Assembly (NCBI GenBank): GCA_964558935.1
Contig: CAZLFP010000001.1
Coordinates: forward strand, 147,260-211,259
Length of the DNA: 64,000 nucleotides
Source of the DNA: an uncultured Gammaproteobacteria bacterium
GTDB taxonomy: Bacteria > Patescibacteriota > Patescibacteriia > 2-01-FULL-39-33
Reading direction: 5' to 3'
Below the pieces are notes generated by a model, which saw nothing but the letters and a program-made list of their open reading frames with translations, made no database searches and was not told the DNA's origin. Below are positions 9,412 to 18,980 of the stretch, in pieces (position 1 is the stretch's first letter; each line of letters starts with the position of its first letter). The position numbers and the translations under genes were made by a program.

Positions 9412-11214
9412 TTACCAACTACCTCCTCCGCCACCGCCAAAACCGCCTCCTGAGAAACCGCCACCGGAAGAGAAACCACTGGCACCCTTAGCGGCATGAG
9501 ATTCCACTATAATACTGTTAACCTGGGAATTGAAATTAGTCAAACCATCCGTTAAAAGGTGAGGATTAAACGATATTTGACCGCTATCCGAATACCACTT
9601 GGGTTGCTGGTTATATATACCCTCAAACTGTTTAGCCCACTGCTTTTCAACTCCTAAAGCCATGGCATATGGCAGTAACTGTTCAAAATGTTCAGGCTTT
9701 TTGGCCGGTGCATTATGGAAATTTAATCGATCTTTTTCTGCAACTGTCAAGTATGTCTTTAAACCTTCAATATGCTCTTTGACTAAAGATCCTTCTTGAG
9801 TCAAAGCCGGCATTAACCAACCAAAGATGACTATGATCAGACCAGAAGTCAGACTAGATACAAGTCCAATTAAACCAAACATATCCATCAACATAAAAGA
9901 CAGTACACCACCCAGTAAACAACCGACAACCAACCAAGCAATTCTTGTTTTTTGAGGATTAGATTTAAAAAACTTTTTTTCCTTTGTCAATGATGTGTAC
10001 AGTTGGTTCTTAATCAATTCCATATCGACAGCAAAACTCTTCAGCTTAGAAATTTTAACCCCTTTTCTCTGCTCCTTAAACAAGCCGTCTAAAATATGTC
10101 GCTGATGTTTATTGGCCAACACTCCTTGGCCATCCCAATCTTTGAGACTGTCCAGCTCGTAATCCACTTTTTTACCTAGAATTTGTTTTTCTTCAATTCT
10201 TTTGATTTTAAGAAAACCTAAAACAGCCAAATGAATGATTTCAGCTGAAATATCTTTATTATTGGCAGATTGGTCAAAAACAGTTCCAACCTCAGCCGGA
10301 GATAAATTATCCGGAGCTTCAAATTGAGTTACAATCGTACCGCGACCAGATGCATCCTTGCCTTGCCTGGTCCATAAATAATACATTACAACCAAAACAA
10401 AAATTGGTAATATTACAATTATATTGTCTTGCAATACAGCCATGATCTTTTCGAGCGTACTGGGTTCGGCTACGATACCCTTTGGCCAACCTAGAACCAA
10501 AGTCATGCCCTGTCCCGGTTGCAAACTGCCAAAATTAGAATTGGTGAAGCTAAATTTATTAACCCCATCTGCTTCAACCAGGTAATTAGATTGACAGGGA
10601 GTATCGCTACCCGGTTTTCCAATGTAGCAAGCTTGCTTAAGATCTGACTCAGCTATCTTGTCAGGCAAGACGACCAAAGCTTCAACACTTAATATGGGGG
10701 CTGGCCAATCATGACCGGTAATATTCCAATACAATTCATCATGATCTTTGAAATAATTAATCGTTCTGTCCAGGGTATAATCAATGACATAAGTTAATTG
10801 TCCGGTAACATATTGATCCGGATCTCCAATCCTAATATGTAAATTCTGACCTTGTTGGGAAACTTGATGAGTAATTGTTTGACCATCTAAATCCGTTACA
10901 TTGATCTGCGAAATCCGTAGATTAAAATTACCATCCCTGGCTCGGTATTTAACCGGAATATCTCGGTAGATGCCATGTTTCTGGTTTTGTCCAAAGTCGT
11001 AAGCAATGGTTTCTTGAACTTGGATGCTACCATCCTCATAAACCTGGATTTGAACAAAAAAATCCGTAATACTCTCTTCCAGACAAGAGCTGTCTGTGCA
11101 AATCGCCTGAACCTGAACAGGTAAAAAGAGCAGCCAAGTTAGAAATAAGGTAATGAATATTTTGTGCATATTAGTAATTAATCTGTTTAGGTAACTTAAG
11201 CTGAGCATTTGCAA
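9412..11214 (-). CDS. DUF2207-like membrane protein with N-terminal signal/extracytoplasmic domain, TM segments and a Gly-rich C-terminal tail
   Basis: Signal peptide, a large N-terminal domain, a cluster of TM helices and a C-terminus GFSSGGGFSGGGFGGGGGGSW, an architecture typical of the DUF2207 family. Confidence 0.5.
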   Translation of the reverse strand: MQMLSLSYLNRLITNMHKIFITLFLTWLLFLPVQVQAICTDSSCLEESITDFFVQIQVYEDGSIQVQETIAYDFGQNQKHGIYRDIPVKYRARDGNFNLRISQINVTDLDGQTITHQVSQQGQNLHIRIGDPDQYVTGQLTYVIDYTLDRTINYFKDHDELYWNITGHDWPAPILSVEALVVLPDKIAESDLKQACYIGKPGSDTPCQSNYLVEADGVNKFSFTNSNFGSLQPGQGMTLVLGWPKGIVAEPSTLEKIMAVLQDNIIVILPIFVLVVMYYLWTRQGKDASGRGTIVTQFEAPDNLSPAEVGTVFDQSANNKDISAEIIHLAVLGFLKIKRIEEKQILGKKVDYELDSLKDWDGQGVLANKHQRHILDGLFKEQRKGVKISKLKSFAVDMELIKNQLYTSLTKEKKFFKSNPQKTRIAWLVVGCLLGGVLSFMLMDMFGLIGLVSSLTSGLIIVIFGWLMPALTQEGSLVKEHIEGLKTYLTVAEKDRLNFHNAPAKKPEHFEQLLPYAMALGVEKQWAKQFEGIYNQQPKWYSDSGQISFNPHLLTDGLTNFNSQVNSIIVESHAAKGASGFSSGGGFSGGGFGGGGGGSW

Positions 11215-11959
11215 CTACCAGATCCAACTTGCTTTTTTTAATCAAAGCCTGAAAAGTACATTCCTGCAGATTAAAACTCATAACTCTGCCCCCGGCTTCA
11301 GCAACAAAAATCACACCAGCCGCAACATCCCAGATATATCCTTGAGGTAGCAGAAAAGCTTCCGCCCTGCCAGTACCTACCCAGGCGCATTCAATGGCAC
11401 CGGACCCCAGCTTGCGAATATTAGCTACCCTGGGAAAGAACTGCTGCATAATATTTAACATGCCTCGATTCTTAGCTGTATGACCACCACAAAAAAGCAA
11501 CTGAGACTCAGACAGACTACTAATTTTAGAAACATGAACCCTGGATTTACGATTTGTTTTAAGATTAACCAGGTAAGCTCCTCGTCCTGAGATAGCCAAG
11601 TATCTCTCATTTAAGAGCGGTGCTTCAATAATTCCAAATATAGGTTGTCCCCCCTGATACAAAGCAATGGAAACGGAAAAAAAAGGATTATGATTGACAA
11701 AATTACCGGTTCCGTCTATGGGATCAATAATCCAGACATATTCTGAATCTTTTTTAATGAGGCCGGTTTCTTCGGTTAGGATGGAATGGTGGGGATATTG
11801 ATTTTGGATTCCATTGATCAACAGCTTGTCCATTACCTTGTCCGCCCGAGTTTTGACGGCTGGATGACGTGATGTTAATCTATTTTGATCATACAAAACT
11901 ACCAGCTGCTGACCAGCCTGTTGAGCTAATTTTAGACCAAAATCCACATATTTAACCAT
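11171..11959 (-). CDS. inositol monophosphatase family protein (SuhB/IMPase-like)
   Basis: Metal-binding motif WIIDPIDGTGNFV and WDVAAG; start placed at MVKYVDFG. Confidence 0.8.
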   Translation of the reverse strand: MVKYVDFGLKLAQQAGQQLVVLYDQNRLTSRHPAVKTRADKVMDKLLINGIQNQYPHHSILTEETGLIKKDSEYVWIIDPIDGTGNFVNHNPFFSVSIALYQGGQPIFGIIEAPLLNERYLAISGRGAYLVNLKTNRKSRVHVSKISSLSESQLLFCGGHTAKNRGMLNIMQQFFPRVANIRKLGSGAIECAWVGTGRAEAFLLPQGYIWDVAAGVIFVAEAGGRVMSFNLQECTFQALIKKSKLDLVVANAQLKLPKQINY

Positions 11960-12001
11960 TGTCAATCGCTTATTTCTTAGATATAGTATACTAAATAATC
12001 T

Positions 12002-12646
12002 ATGCCAAGTAAAACTCAAAAATTCAAAGAAAATGAACTGTTGCCTAATCTTTGGCAGTGTACTGTTAAAAATGAAATAAAACAAGGTTTAGATAATATT
12101 TTAAAACAAAACAAGCCCATTATTTTGGAATTGGGCTGTGGTGGAGGTGATTACACCTTGGCTCTGGCTAAACATTATCCAGATTGGTATATTATTGGTC
12201 TTGATATCCAAGGCGAAAGATTATGGCATGGCGCCACTCAAGCCTTAAGTCAATCTTTAAACAACGCCTTGTTTATTCGCATGTATGCGGATCATCTGCT
12301 AGATTATTTTCCCACCAAGTCAGTGGCTGAAATTTGGATCACTTTTCCAGATCCCTATCCCAAAACCAAACAAATAAAAAAAAGACTGACCAGTCCTAAG
12401 TTCTTGAATATTTATTCACATGTTTTAAAACCCAAAGGCTATCTTCATTTAAAAACGGATAACCTGGATTTGTTTGACTACTCAACCAATCAGTTAGAAC
12501 AATCCTTTTGGATTACCAACTACGTCGAGAATGTATACGCTTCAGACTCAAATGATCCTCTGCTTTATGTACCAACCTATTACGAAAAAAAATATCTTAA
12601 GCAAGGTCGTAACATCTATTACTTGAAAGCACAATATCACTATTAA
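12002..12646 (+). CDS. trmB: tRNA (guanine46-N7)-methyltransferase TrmB
   Basis: SAM-binding LELGCGGGDY and the TrmB-specific FPDPYPK motif. Confidence 0.85.
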   Translation: MPSKTQKFKENELLPNLWQCTVKNEIKQGLDNILKQNKPIILELGCGGGDYTLALAKHYPDWYIIGLDIQGERLWHGATQALSQSLNNALFIRMYADHLLDYFPTKSVAEIWITFPDPYPKTKQIKKRLTSPKFLNIYSHVLKPKGYLHLKTDNLDLFDYSTNQLEQSFWITNYVENVYASDSNDPLLYVPTYYEKKYLKQGRNIYYLKAQYHY

Positions 12647-12902
12647 TAAGACGTACTTAAAATTGTAAGGTTAGAGATTGTTACGGAAGAGATTGAAATA
12701 TTTAATTTTGTAATTAGGATATTTAAAAACCGTCAATTGCTAATAAAAAGTTATATTTTAAGGGTGTGTTTTGTGATATAATGGATTGTATTACATGATA
12801 ATATTGTCTTAGAAACTTGCTGTTATAATTAGAAATACTACAAGCTCTTGACAGAATAATGCAATATGATAGTAAGAAAGTAGGGATTAACCAAACGATA
12901 GC

Positions 12903-13625
12903 ATGATAACCCAAAATCAGATCCTTAGAATTAAGAAATACATAAAGGATCATACAGAAAAAAGAAAAATTATCATAACTGGCGGACATGCCATGGTTAG
13001 TGGTCAAAAACTTCATTTAAACGAAGGTACTATAAAATCTTTCGAGTCTGCAGTTAATCTCTATTTGAAGCTAAAAAAAGAAGGGCAAAATGTATCACTT
13101 GGCATCTTATTGAATAATATCGGATGTGATTGTTCGGGCAAGGATAAATGCACAAAGCAGACAATAAGTTTTAATGAAAATTCCTTTACTTTGCCAATAA
13201 ATTACAAGCGGACTTTAAAAAAGAAAAATATCAATGAGCATCAATTATTGATCATATGGGAGAAGTATATTAGGAATAGATCAAAAAAAGAATTTCTAAA
13301 GAGCCTCAAAAAAAAGGAAACTAGAGAGCGGATTACTTTAATAAATGGTGACTTGTGGTTAAAGTCTGACTTAAGAGGAAGAATTATTTTAACTAGAAGT
13401 CGAAATAAAGATAAGTACGGCGCTCCAGCTTGCCCTCTTATAATGGCCGGCCTGTATAAGCATCTTGAAAAAATGGGTTTTGGATTGTCAATTAATTGTT
13501 ATTATATTGGTAGTGATAATTTAACTAACATACCAAATCATAATGTTATCGAAAAAGGAATGGATGTTTATAATGAACTGTTTAAAGAAAAAGAATTGAA
13601 AGTTTTTAACTTATACTCCTCTTAA
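12903..13625 (+). CDS. hypothetical protein, first gene of the AT-rich island
   Basis: Lys-rich ORF with no recognisable motifs beyond weak GGHAMVSG; start codon uncertain. Confidence 0.4.
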   Translation: MITQNQILRIKKYIKDHTEKRKIIITGGHAMVSGQKLHLNEGTIKSFESAVNLYLKLKKEGQNVSLGILLNNIGCDCSGKDKCTKQTISFNENSFTLPINYKRTLKKKNINEHQLLIIWEKYIRNRSKKEFLKSLKKKETRERITLINGDLWLKSDLRGRIILTRSRNKDKYGAPACPLIMAGLYKHLEKMGFGLSINCYYIGSDNLTNIPNHNVIEKGMDVYNELFKEKELKVFNLYSS

Positions 13626-13642
13626 ATTAGTTTAAGGTCCCT

Positions 13643-15088
13643 ATGAAAAAAAACAACTTCTATATTTTTATAGAAAATCAAAAGCTTAGATCAAAAACCA
13701 CGAACTCTCTATCTGAAATCGAGAATGATCTTAATCTAGAATTTTCACTTTATAATTTGAATCAGGAAGATTTACCAGCAATAAAAAACAAATCTGGTTT
13801 GTTTATACTTTCCACTGATCCAAATAGTAGATCAATTGAGAGTTTTACTATCAATAATAATTATGACGCTAACTCTTGTCGACTTTTTGTTTTATATAAT
13901 CAAAAATCAATAAAAGACTTTCTTGATTTAGTTGATAAAAAAGGTGAACAATTTAATAATATTAATAATAATTTTGATTATATTATATTTAATTGTGATC
14001 CAAAATATTATAACTGGCAAGATAAGAAAAAAGAATATAATAAGTTCATTTTTTTAGGATTTGATGAAGATTTTGACAGCAATCAATACTTTGATTTCCG
14101 ATTTGACATTAGATATCAGAAGTTTCTAAAAAATCTAATCCTTTTTCCTGATATAAAAATAAAGTCCTCCAGTGGATTTCCAATCAAGGCCATGATAGAG
14201 CCAGTAAGAGCATGTAATTTACGTTGTCCTTCATGTCCAATTGGATCTGGAGTAGCAAGTAATTTTGATAAACTCACCTTTGATAATTTTCGGATAATAA
14301 TCGATAAAATTTATCAAACCATTGAAGATATCTCTCTTTTTAACTACGGCGAACCTCTTTTACATGAAGATATTGATAAAATGATTTATTATGCTAAAAA
14401 AAAAGGTATAAAGAAAGTTAAAATACATACAAATGGAATGTTACTAGATGATAATATTGGTGAGAAAATAATTGAGTCTGGTTTAGACAGTTTGAGTATA
14501 TCAATCGATGCTGCAAGTAAAGAATCATATGATAAGTATCGTGTTGGTGGCGATTTTGAACAATTAGTGGAGAAAGTTAAGGACTTTCTGAGACTAAGAA
14601 AGAGAATGAAATCTGGAAAACCATCCGTTAGGGCTCAGTTTATTATCATGAGTCACAATGAGCATGAAGTTAAAAAGTTTTATGAAATGTTTAAGGAAAT
14701 CGGAGTAAACAAAATAAGATTTAAAACTTTTAATGCTCATATGGATGGTTCAGATGATCATAAGAATAAACAATTTTTACCCCTGAATAAAAAATATTCA
14801 AGATACTCAGATAATGAAGCTCATATTATTAATAATAAATTTAAGAGTAATATCTGTTCATGGCCATGGGAAAATGTAGTTATTAATTCTAATGGAGATA
14901 TAGCTCCTTGCTGCTATGATTATAATGCAGATTATAAACTGGGAAATATTTTTGATGACGATTGGTGGAACAACCCAAGTAGAAATATTTTTCGAGAGAA
15001 AATGGAAAATAGTCCAGATGAAATCGAGATGTGTAAGTATTGTGCTGTCGGAATTCCAGATTTAAGCTATAAAAAAATTGAAATATGA
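13643..15088 (+). CDS. radical SAM / SPASM-domain enzyme with an about 180-aa N-terminal extension of unknown function
   Basis: Canonical CxxxCxxC (CNLRCPSC) preceded by EPVRA, and a C-terminal Cys-rich SPASM-like region (CSWPWEN...GDIAPCCYDY...CKYCAV). Confidence 0.8.
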   Translation: MKKNNFYIFIENQKLRSKTTNSLSEIENDLNLEFSLYNLNQEDLPAIKNKSGLFILSTDPNSRSIESFTINNNYDANSCRLFVLYNQKSIKDFLDLVDKKGEQFNNINNNFDYIIFNCDPKYYNWQDKKKEYNKFIFLGFDEDFDSNQYFDFRFDIRYQKFLKNLILFPDIKIKSSSGFPIKAMIEPVRACNLRCPSCPIGSGVASNFDKLTFDNFRIIIDKIYQTIEDISLFNYGEPLLHEDIDKMIYYAKKKGIKKVKIHTNGMLLDDNIGEKIIESGLDSLSISIDAASKESYDKYRVGGDFEQLVEKVKDFLRLRKRMKSGKPSVRAQFIIMSHNEHEVKKFYEMFKEIGVNKIRFKTFNAHMDGSDDHKNKQFLPLNKKYSRYSDNEAHIINNKFKSNICSWPWENVVINSNGDIAPCCYDYNADYKLGNIFDDDWWNNPSRNIFREKMENSPDEIEMCKYCAVGIPDLSYKKIEI

Positions 15089-16677
15089 AGCAAAATTTCG
15101 AATTTTTGTTTCAAAATGGCAAATTAATATGTAAATTCTTTGATGCTGGTATACAGAGTAAAATTTTTTGTGTTGAAAACGAAAATGGTAAATACAAACT
15201 TATTGATGAAGATATCACGGATCCAAATTTACATAAAGGCCAATTTCCTCGAAGTGGGTTTCTATTCTTTAACTCAAAAAATGATCAATTAACAATTTCT
15301 CCGGATGATTGGGGTAGAGTTCCGATGTTTTTTTACAGCCAGAATAATTATTTATTTTGTACTAATACATTTTCAGAGATACTTGAGAAATTTGATTTAG
15401 AAATAGATAATAATCAAATACTTCAACAACTATTTTTTGGGCATTCTTTTTCTGGAAAGACTATTTTTAAAAAAGTTTTTGTGTTACCACCACATCAGAA
15501 AATAGTTTTTAAGAATGGTAACATGAATATGGAAAATAATGATTTGAATATTTACGGTATCGAAGATAATCATGATCAGTCAATTGAGCAGTTAGATTAT
15601 GAAATTAGTAAAGTATTTTTTGAGTACTTTGACAATGCCAAGAATAATGAATTCACACTATCTCTTACTGGCGGTCTTGATTCTAGATTATTAATGGCCA
15701 AATACATTGAATATAGATCCCATAAAATCAATTGCTTTACTTATGGAACCAGGAAAGATAGAGACGTGTTGATAGCCAGGCGTATCGCTCAAGATTATAA
15801 ATATAATCATAACTTTTTCGAAATAACTCCAGATGACTTCATTAAAAATGCTGAAGAGTATATCTTGTTTACAGGTGGAACTAATTCCTTAACTAATTCG
15901 AGAGCGTTTCATATTTACCGTGAATTTAGCTCTGATCAAATTATTGTCAACGGCTTTGGTGGTGATTTGACTTTGGGTGGTGGGTTTCACAAGCGTGAGC
16001 TTCTAGAACATAATGACAATGATTTTTTGATGAGTTATCTATTTTCAAAGTTTTGCAAAATTGACCCAGATTCATTTAGTAATTTGTCTAATATTGGTAT
16101 TCGTGACTTACAAAACATGTTTATCAATGAAGTTGAGCCGCTTTTTACTTTAAATACTCAGCATGGAAGCCTTCCATTAAAAGCAGACAAAATTTTGTTA
16201 CTGTCTAAAGTCATCTTTTATGGTTATTGGAGTGTATTATTTTCTGCTCAAAAGGCGAAAGTAATAACACCCATGTTTGATCCACGCTTAAATAATTATT
16301 TTTTATCAATTGATTCAAAATCAAGATATAAACACACCTTATACAAAAATTATTTTATTAATAAATTTCCCGAGTTAGCAAAATATCCTTGGCAAAAATT
16401 TGGCGTTAATTTATTCGATGAGAGGTCGCCGATTCTTGATCAAGATAATAATAGAAGAATACCTTATCAGTCTTTTTGGCAAGAAGATCTAAGATTGTGG
16501 ATACGAGACGTACTATTTTCTAATAATTCATACTTAATTAATGTGATTAATATCAATAAAATAAAAAAAATGCTGAATGATAAAAAACCCTCAAATGATT
16601 GGGCAGACTTTATAGGTCAAATTCTAAGCATTGAATTGCTGATAACCTATTATAAGAAAATTAAATTGAAAAGATGA
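15085..16677 (+). CDS. asparagine synthetase (AsnB)-like PP-loop ATP pyrophosphatase domain protein lacking the N-terminal glutaminase cysteine
   Basis: PP-loop motif LSLTGGLDSRL; residue 2 is Lys not Cys, so there is no class-II glutamine amidotransferase nucleophile. The start overlaps the upstream stop (ATGA). Confidence 0.7.
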   Translation: MKQNFEFLFQNGKLICKFFDAGIQSKIFCVENENGKYKLIDEDITDPNLHKGQFPRSGFLFFNSKNDQLTISPDDWGRVPMFFYSQNNYLFCTNTFSEILEKFDLEIDNNQILQQLFFGHSFSGKTIFKKVFVLPPHQKIVFKNGNMNMENNDLNIYGIEDNHDQSIEQLDYEISKVFFEYFDNAKNNEFTLSLTGGLDSRLLMAKYIEYRSHKINCFTYGTRKDRDVLIARRIAQDYKYNHNFFEITPDDFIKNAEEYILFTGGTNSLTNSRAFHIYREFSSDQIIVNGFGGDLTLGGGFHKRELLEHNDNDFLMSYLFSKFCKIDPDSFSNLSNIGIRDLQNMFINEVEPLFTLNTQHGSLPLKADKILLLSKVIFYGYWSVLFSAQKAKVITPMFDPRLNNYFLSIDSKSRYKHTLYKNYFINKFPELAKYPWQKFGVNLFDERSPILDQDNNRRIPYQSFWQEDLRLWIRDVLFSNNSYLINVININKIKKMLNDKKPSNDWADFIGQILSIELLITYYKKIKLKR

Positions 16678-17816
16678 AAATATTTATTATAAGTAGGCAC
16701 TTTTTACCGCATTATGGTGGAGCGGAATTTCAGCTTGATTTTTTGGCCAGATTATTAGTAGAGTCGGGACATGAAGTCGAAGTGCTTACTAGTAGATTAC
16801 AAAATTCTAGAAAGATTGAAAATTACCAAGGCTATAAAATCTTAAGATTTGGTAGTGGTTATAGCAAGAAAGGAAAAGTTCAGGCCTACAATGAAATTCT
16901 AGCATACATTAGAAAAAATCGGGATTTGGATTGGGTATATTGGTCATATTCGGGATCAGAAAAAGAAATTATTATCGCTCAATACGAGTTACTTAAGTAT
17001 TTGCGTCACCAAGGTGTAAAAAGAATCATGAGAGTAACATCTTCAGAAAGAATTAGACAGGCAAAGGAAGATTATCCAGAGTTTATTAATGAGGTTGATA
17101 AAGTTAATTATATTGTTACATTAAATGAAGGAATTAAAGAAGAATTATTAGGTGCTGGAGTTTCTGGTGATGGAATAATAATGATGAATAATGTCGTAGA
17201 TGTTGCTATGTTTAAAAAAGTGTCTAAGCAAGAGAAAGAATTATTAAGACAGAAATTAGGATTCGGATTAGACGAAAAAATATTTATTTATACTGGTCGT
17301 TTTTCTCCTAAAAAAAACTTACCACTTCTGACTACGCTATGGTATGAATTTGGTTATCACCTTAATGCTGAAATGAGACTATTAATTGTAGCAAATGATA
17401 ATCTTGGCATCGAAGACTTAGGAGAGCGTCAAAAAATAGAATCCTGTATTAAAGGCAAGCAAATAAAAAATATAAATATCATTGCAGTAAAAAAACGGGA
17501 AGAGTTAGCTAAATTGTATCAATTATCAGATGTATGTGTTAATTTTTCTACTACTGAGGGTATGAGTAATTCACTGCTTGAGGGGATGGCTTCTGGTTTA
17601 GTGATTATGTGTAGTAATATAATCGCTAACGAAAATATTGTCAAACAGAATGTAAACGGTTATTTGTTTAGTTTAGACAATAATATTGAGATCAAAACAG
17701 CTTTTGAAGGAGCAATGCAGAAAAATGAGCAGATAATCGAGAATAATGTAAATAAAATTATGAGAGATCATTTAGTCAATGACCAACTTAATAAATTAAT
17801 TCTAAAAATAATATAA
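16674..17816 (+). CDS. glycosyltransferase family 4 (GT-B fold)
   Basis: C-terminal motif FSTTEGMSNSLLEGMASGLVIM, typical of GT4 retaining transferases; overlaps the upstream stop. Confidence 0.8.
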   Translation: MKIFIISRHFLPHYGGAEFQLDFLARLLVESGHEVEVLTSRLQNSRKIENYQGYKILRFGSGYSKKGKVQAYNEILAYIRKNRDLDWVYWSYSGSEKEIIIAQYELLKYLRHQGVKRIMRVTSSERIRQAKEDYPEFINEVDKVNYIVTLNEGIKEELLGAGVSGDGIIMMNNVVDVAMFKKVSKQEKELLRQKLGFGLDEKIFIYTGRFSPKKNLPLLTTLWYEFGYHLNAEMRLLIVANDNLGIEDLGERQKIESCIKGKQIKNINIIAVKKREELAKLYQLSDVCVNFSTTEGMSNSLLEGMASGLVIMCSNIIANENIVKQNVNGYLFSLDNNIEIKTAFEGAMQKNEQIIENNVNKIMRDHLVNDQLNKLILKII

Positions 17817-17819
17817 TTT

Positions 17820-18980
17820 ATGAAAATTCTAGTTGTTTCACCGCTGTATGAAAAATATCATTGGGGAGGATTGGCACATTCTTGTAGAAGAATTTCTCTT
17901 GGCCTTAATAATAAGGGACATGAGGTAGTGGTTGTAAATATCGATGCCGAAAATCAATATTGGGATGAAGATAATAAACCCAATGGCTATTTCAAAACCG
18001 ATGATAATGGCTTAAGTTTATATCATGTGCCCCAGCATTATTCCTATACCAACATTGAGCTTAAAAAAGAAGATGACCTGGCAATAAAACTTCAACAATG
18101 GTATCTATTATTAAGATCAATTAGCAAAGATATAAAGCCAGACATAATAATATCTTTTTTTATTGCTCCCTATGGTTATCCACTCTCTCTCATTGCTAAA
18201 GAATTCGGTATTTCTATGATATCAGCAATTAGGGGTAATGACATTGGAAGATTTATGCATGATCCGATGATTATGCCACTTCTGAAGCATACTTTAGAAA
18301 ACTCAGATCTGGTTGTTTGTTTAGCAAAAGATTTGGAGACTCAGGTTAAGCTACTATATCCAAAAGCTAAAACCAAAGTTATTTACAATTCGATCGATCC
18401 GAAATTTTACAATCTAGAGTGGCCGGAAATATTTCAGAATGATATAGTTACCGTTGGTTCAGTTGGAATCTTTAAGCCTAAAAAGGGTGTTGAATTCTTT
18501 ATTGATGCTGTTAATAACAAAAAACGCGAAAAAATGAAGTTATTAATGGTTGGTGATTTTTATAAAACAAAAACAAAAAAGGAAGATATAATTAAAAATT
18601 CAATAAATGAAATCGAAGTGACAGGAGTTGTTACTCGAGAAAGGGTTATTAAATATTTGAAAGATATTGATATCTTCTTTACCCTTACTCACTCAGACGG
18701 GTGTCCAAATGCAACGCTAGAGGCAATGTGCGCCGGCAAATGTATTATTACAACCCCAGTAGCAGCTATGGCAGACTTACTGGAACATAAGCATAGCGCC
18801 TACTTTATAGAAAAAATGGATAAGGATTTAATAGTTAATGCAGTTGAAGAATTAATGTCAGATAGAGGCCTGGTAAAACAAATGGGGAGAAATGCTCGCA
18901 TAGCCGCCAGTAAGCTTTTACCCCCATATGAAATAGATGAGTGGGATATGGTCATAAAATCATTATCAAACAAAAAATGA
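17820..18980 (+). CDS. glycosyltransferase family 4 (GT-B fold)
   Basis: HSDGCPNATLEAMCAGKCIIT motif and GVEFFIDAV. Confidence 0.8.
   Translation: MKILVVSPLYEKYHWGGLAHSCRRISLGLNNKGHEVVVVNIDAENQYWDEDNKPNGYFKTDDNGLSLYHVPQHYSYTNIELKKEDDLAIKLQQWYLLLRSISKDIKPDIIISFFIAPYGYPLSLIAKEFGISMISAIRGNDIGRFMHDPMIMPLLKHTLENSDLVVCLAKDLETQVKLLYPKAKTKVIYNSIDPKFYNLEWPEIFQNDIVTVGSVGIFKPKKGVEFFIDAVNNKKREKMKLLMVGDFYKTKTKKEDIIKNSINEIEVTGVVTRERVIKYLKDIDIFFTLTHSDGCPNATLEAMCAGKCIITTPVAAMADLLEHKHSAYFIEKMDKDLIVNAVEELMSDRGLVKQMGRNARIAASKLLPPYEIDEWDMVIKSLSNKK

Noticed and set aside
12723-13016. Minus-strand ORF (97 aa) overlapping the start of the island's first gene
   Set aside because: Its sequence is hydrophobic and low-complexity, typical of a reverse-strand shadow ORF in AT-rich DNA. 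There is no SD and it is antisense to a well-packed operon.
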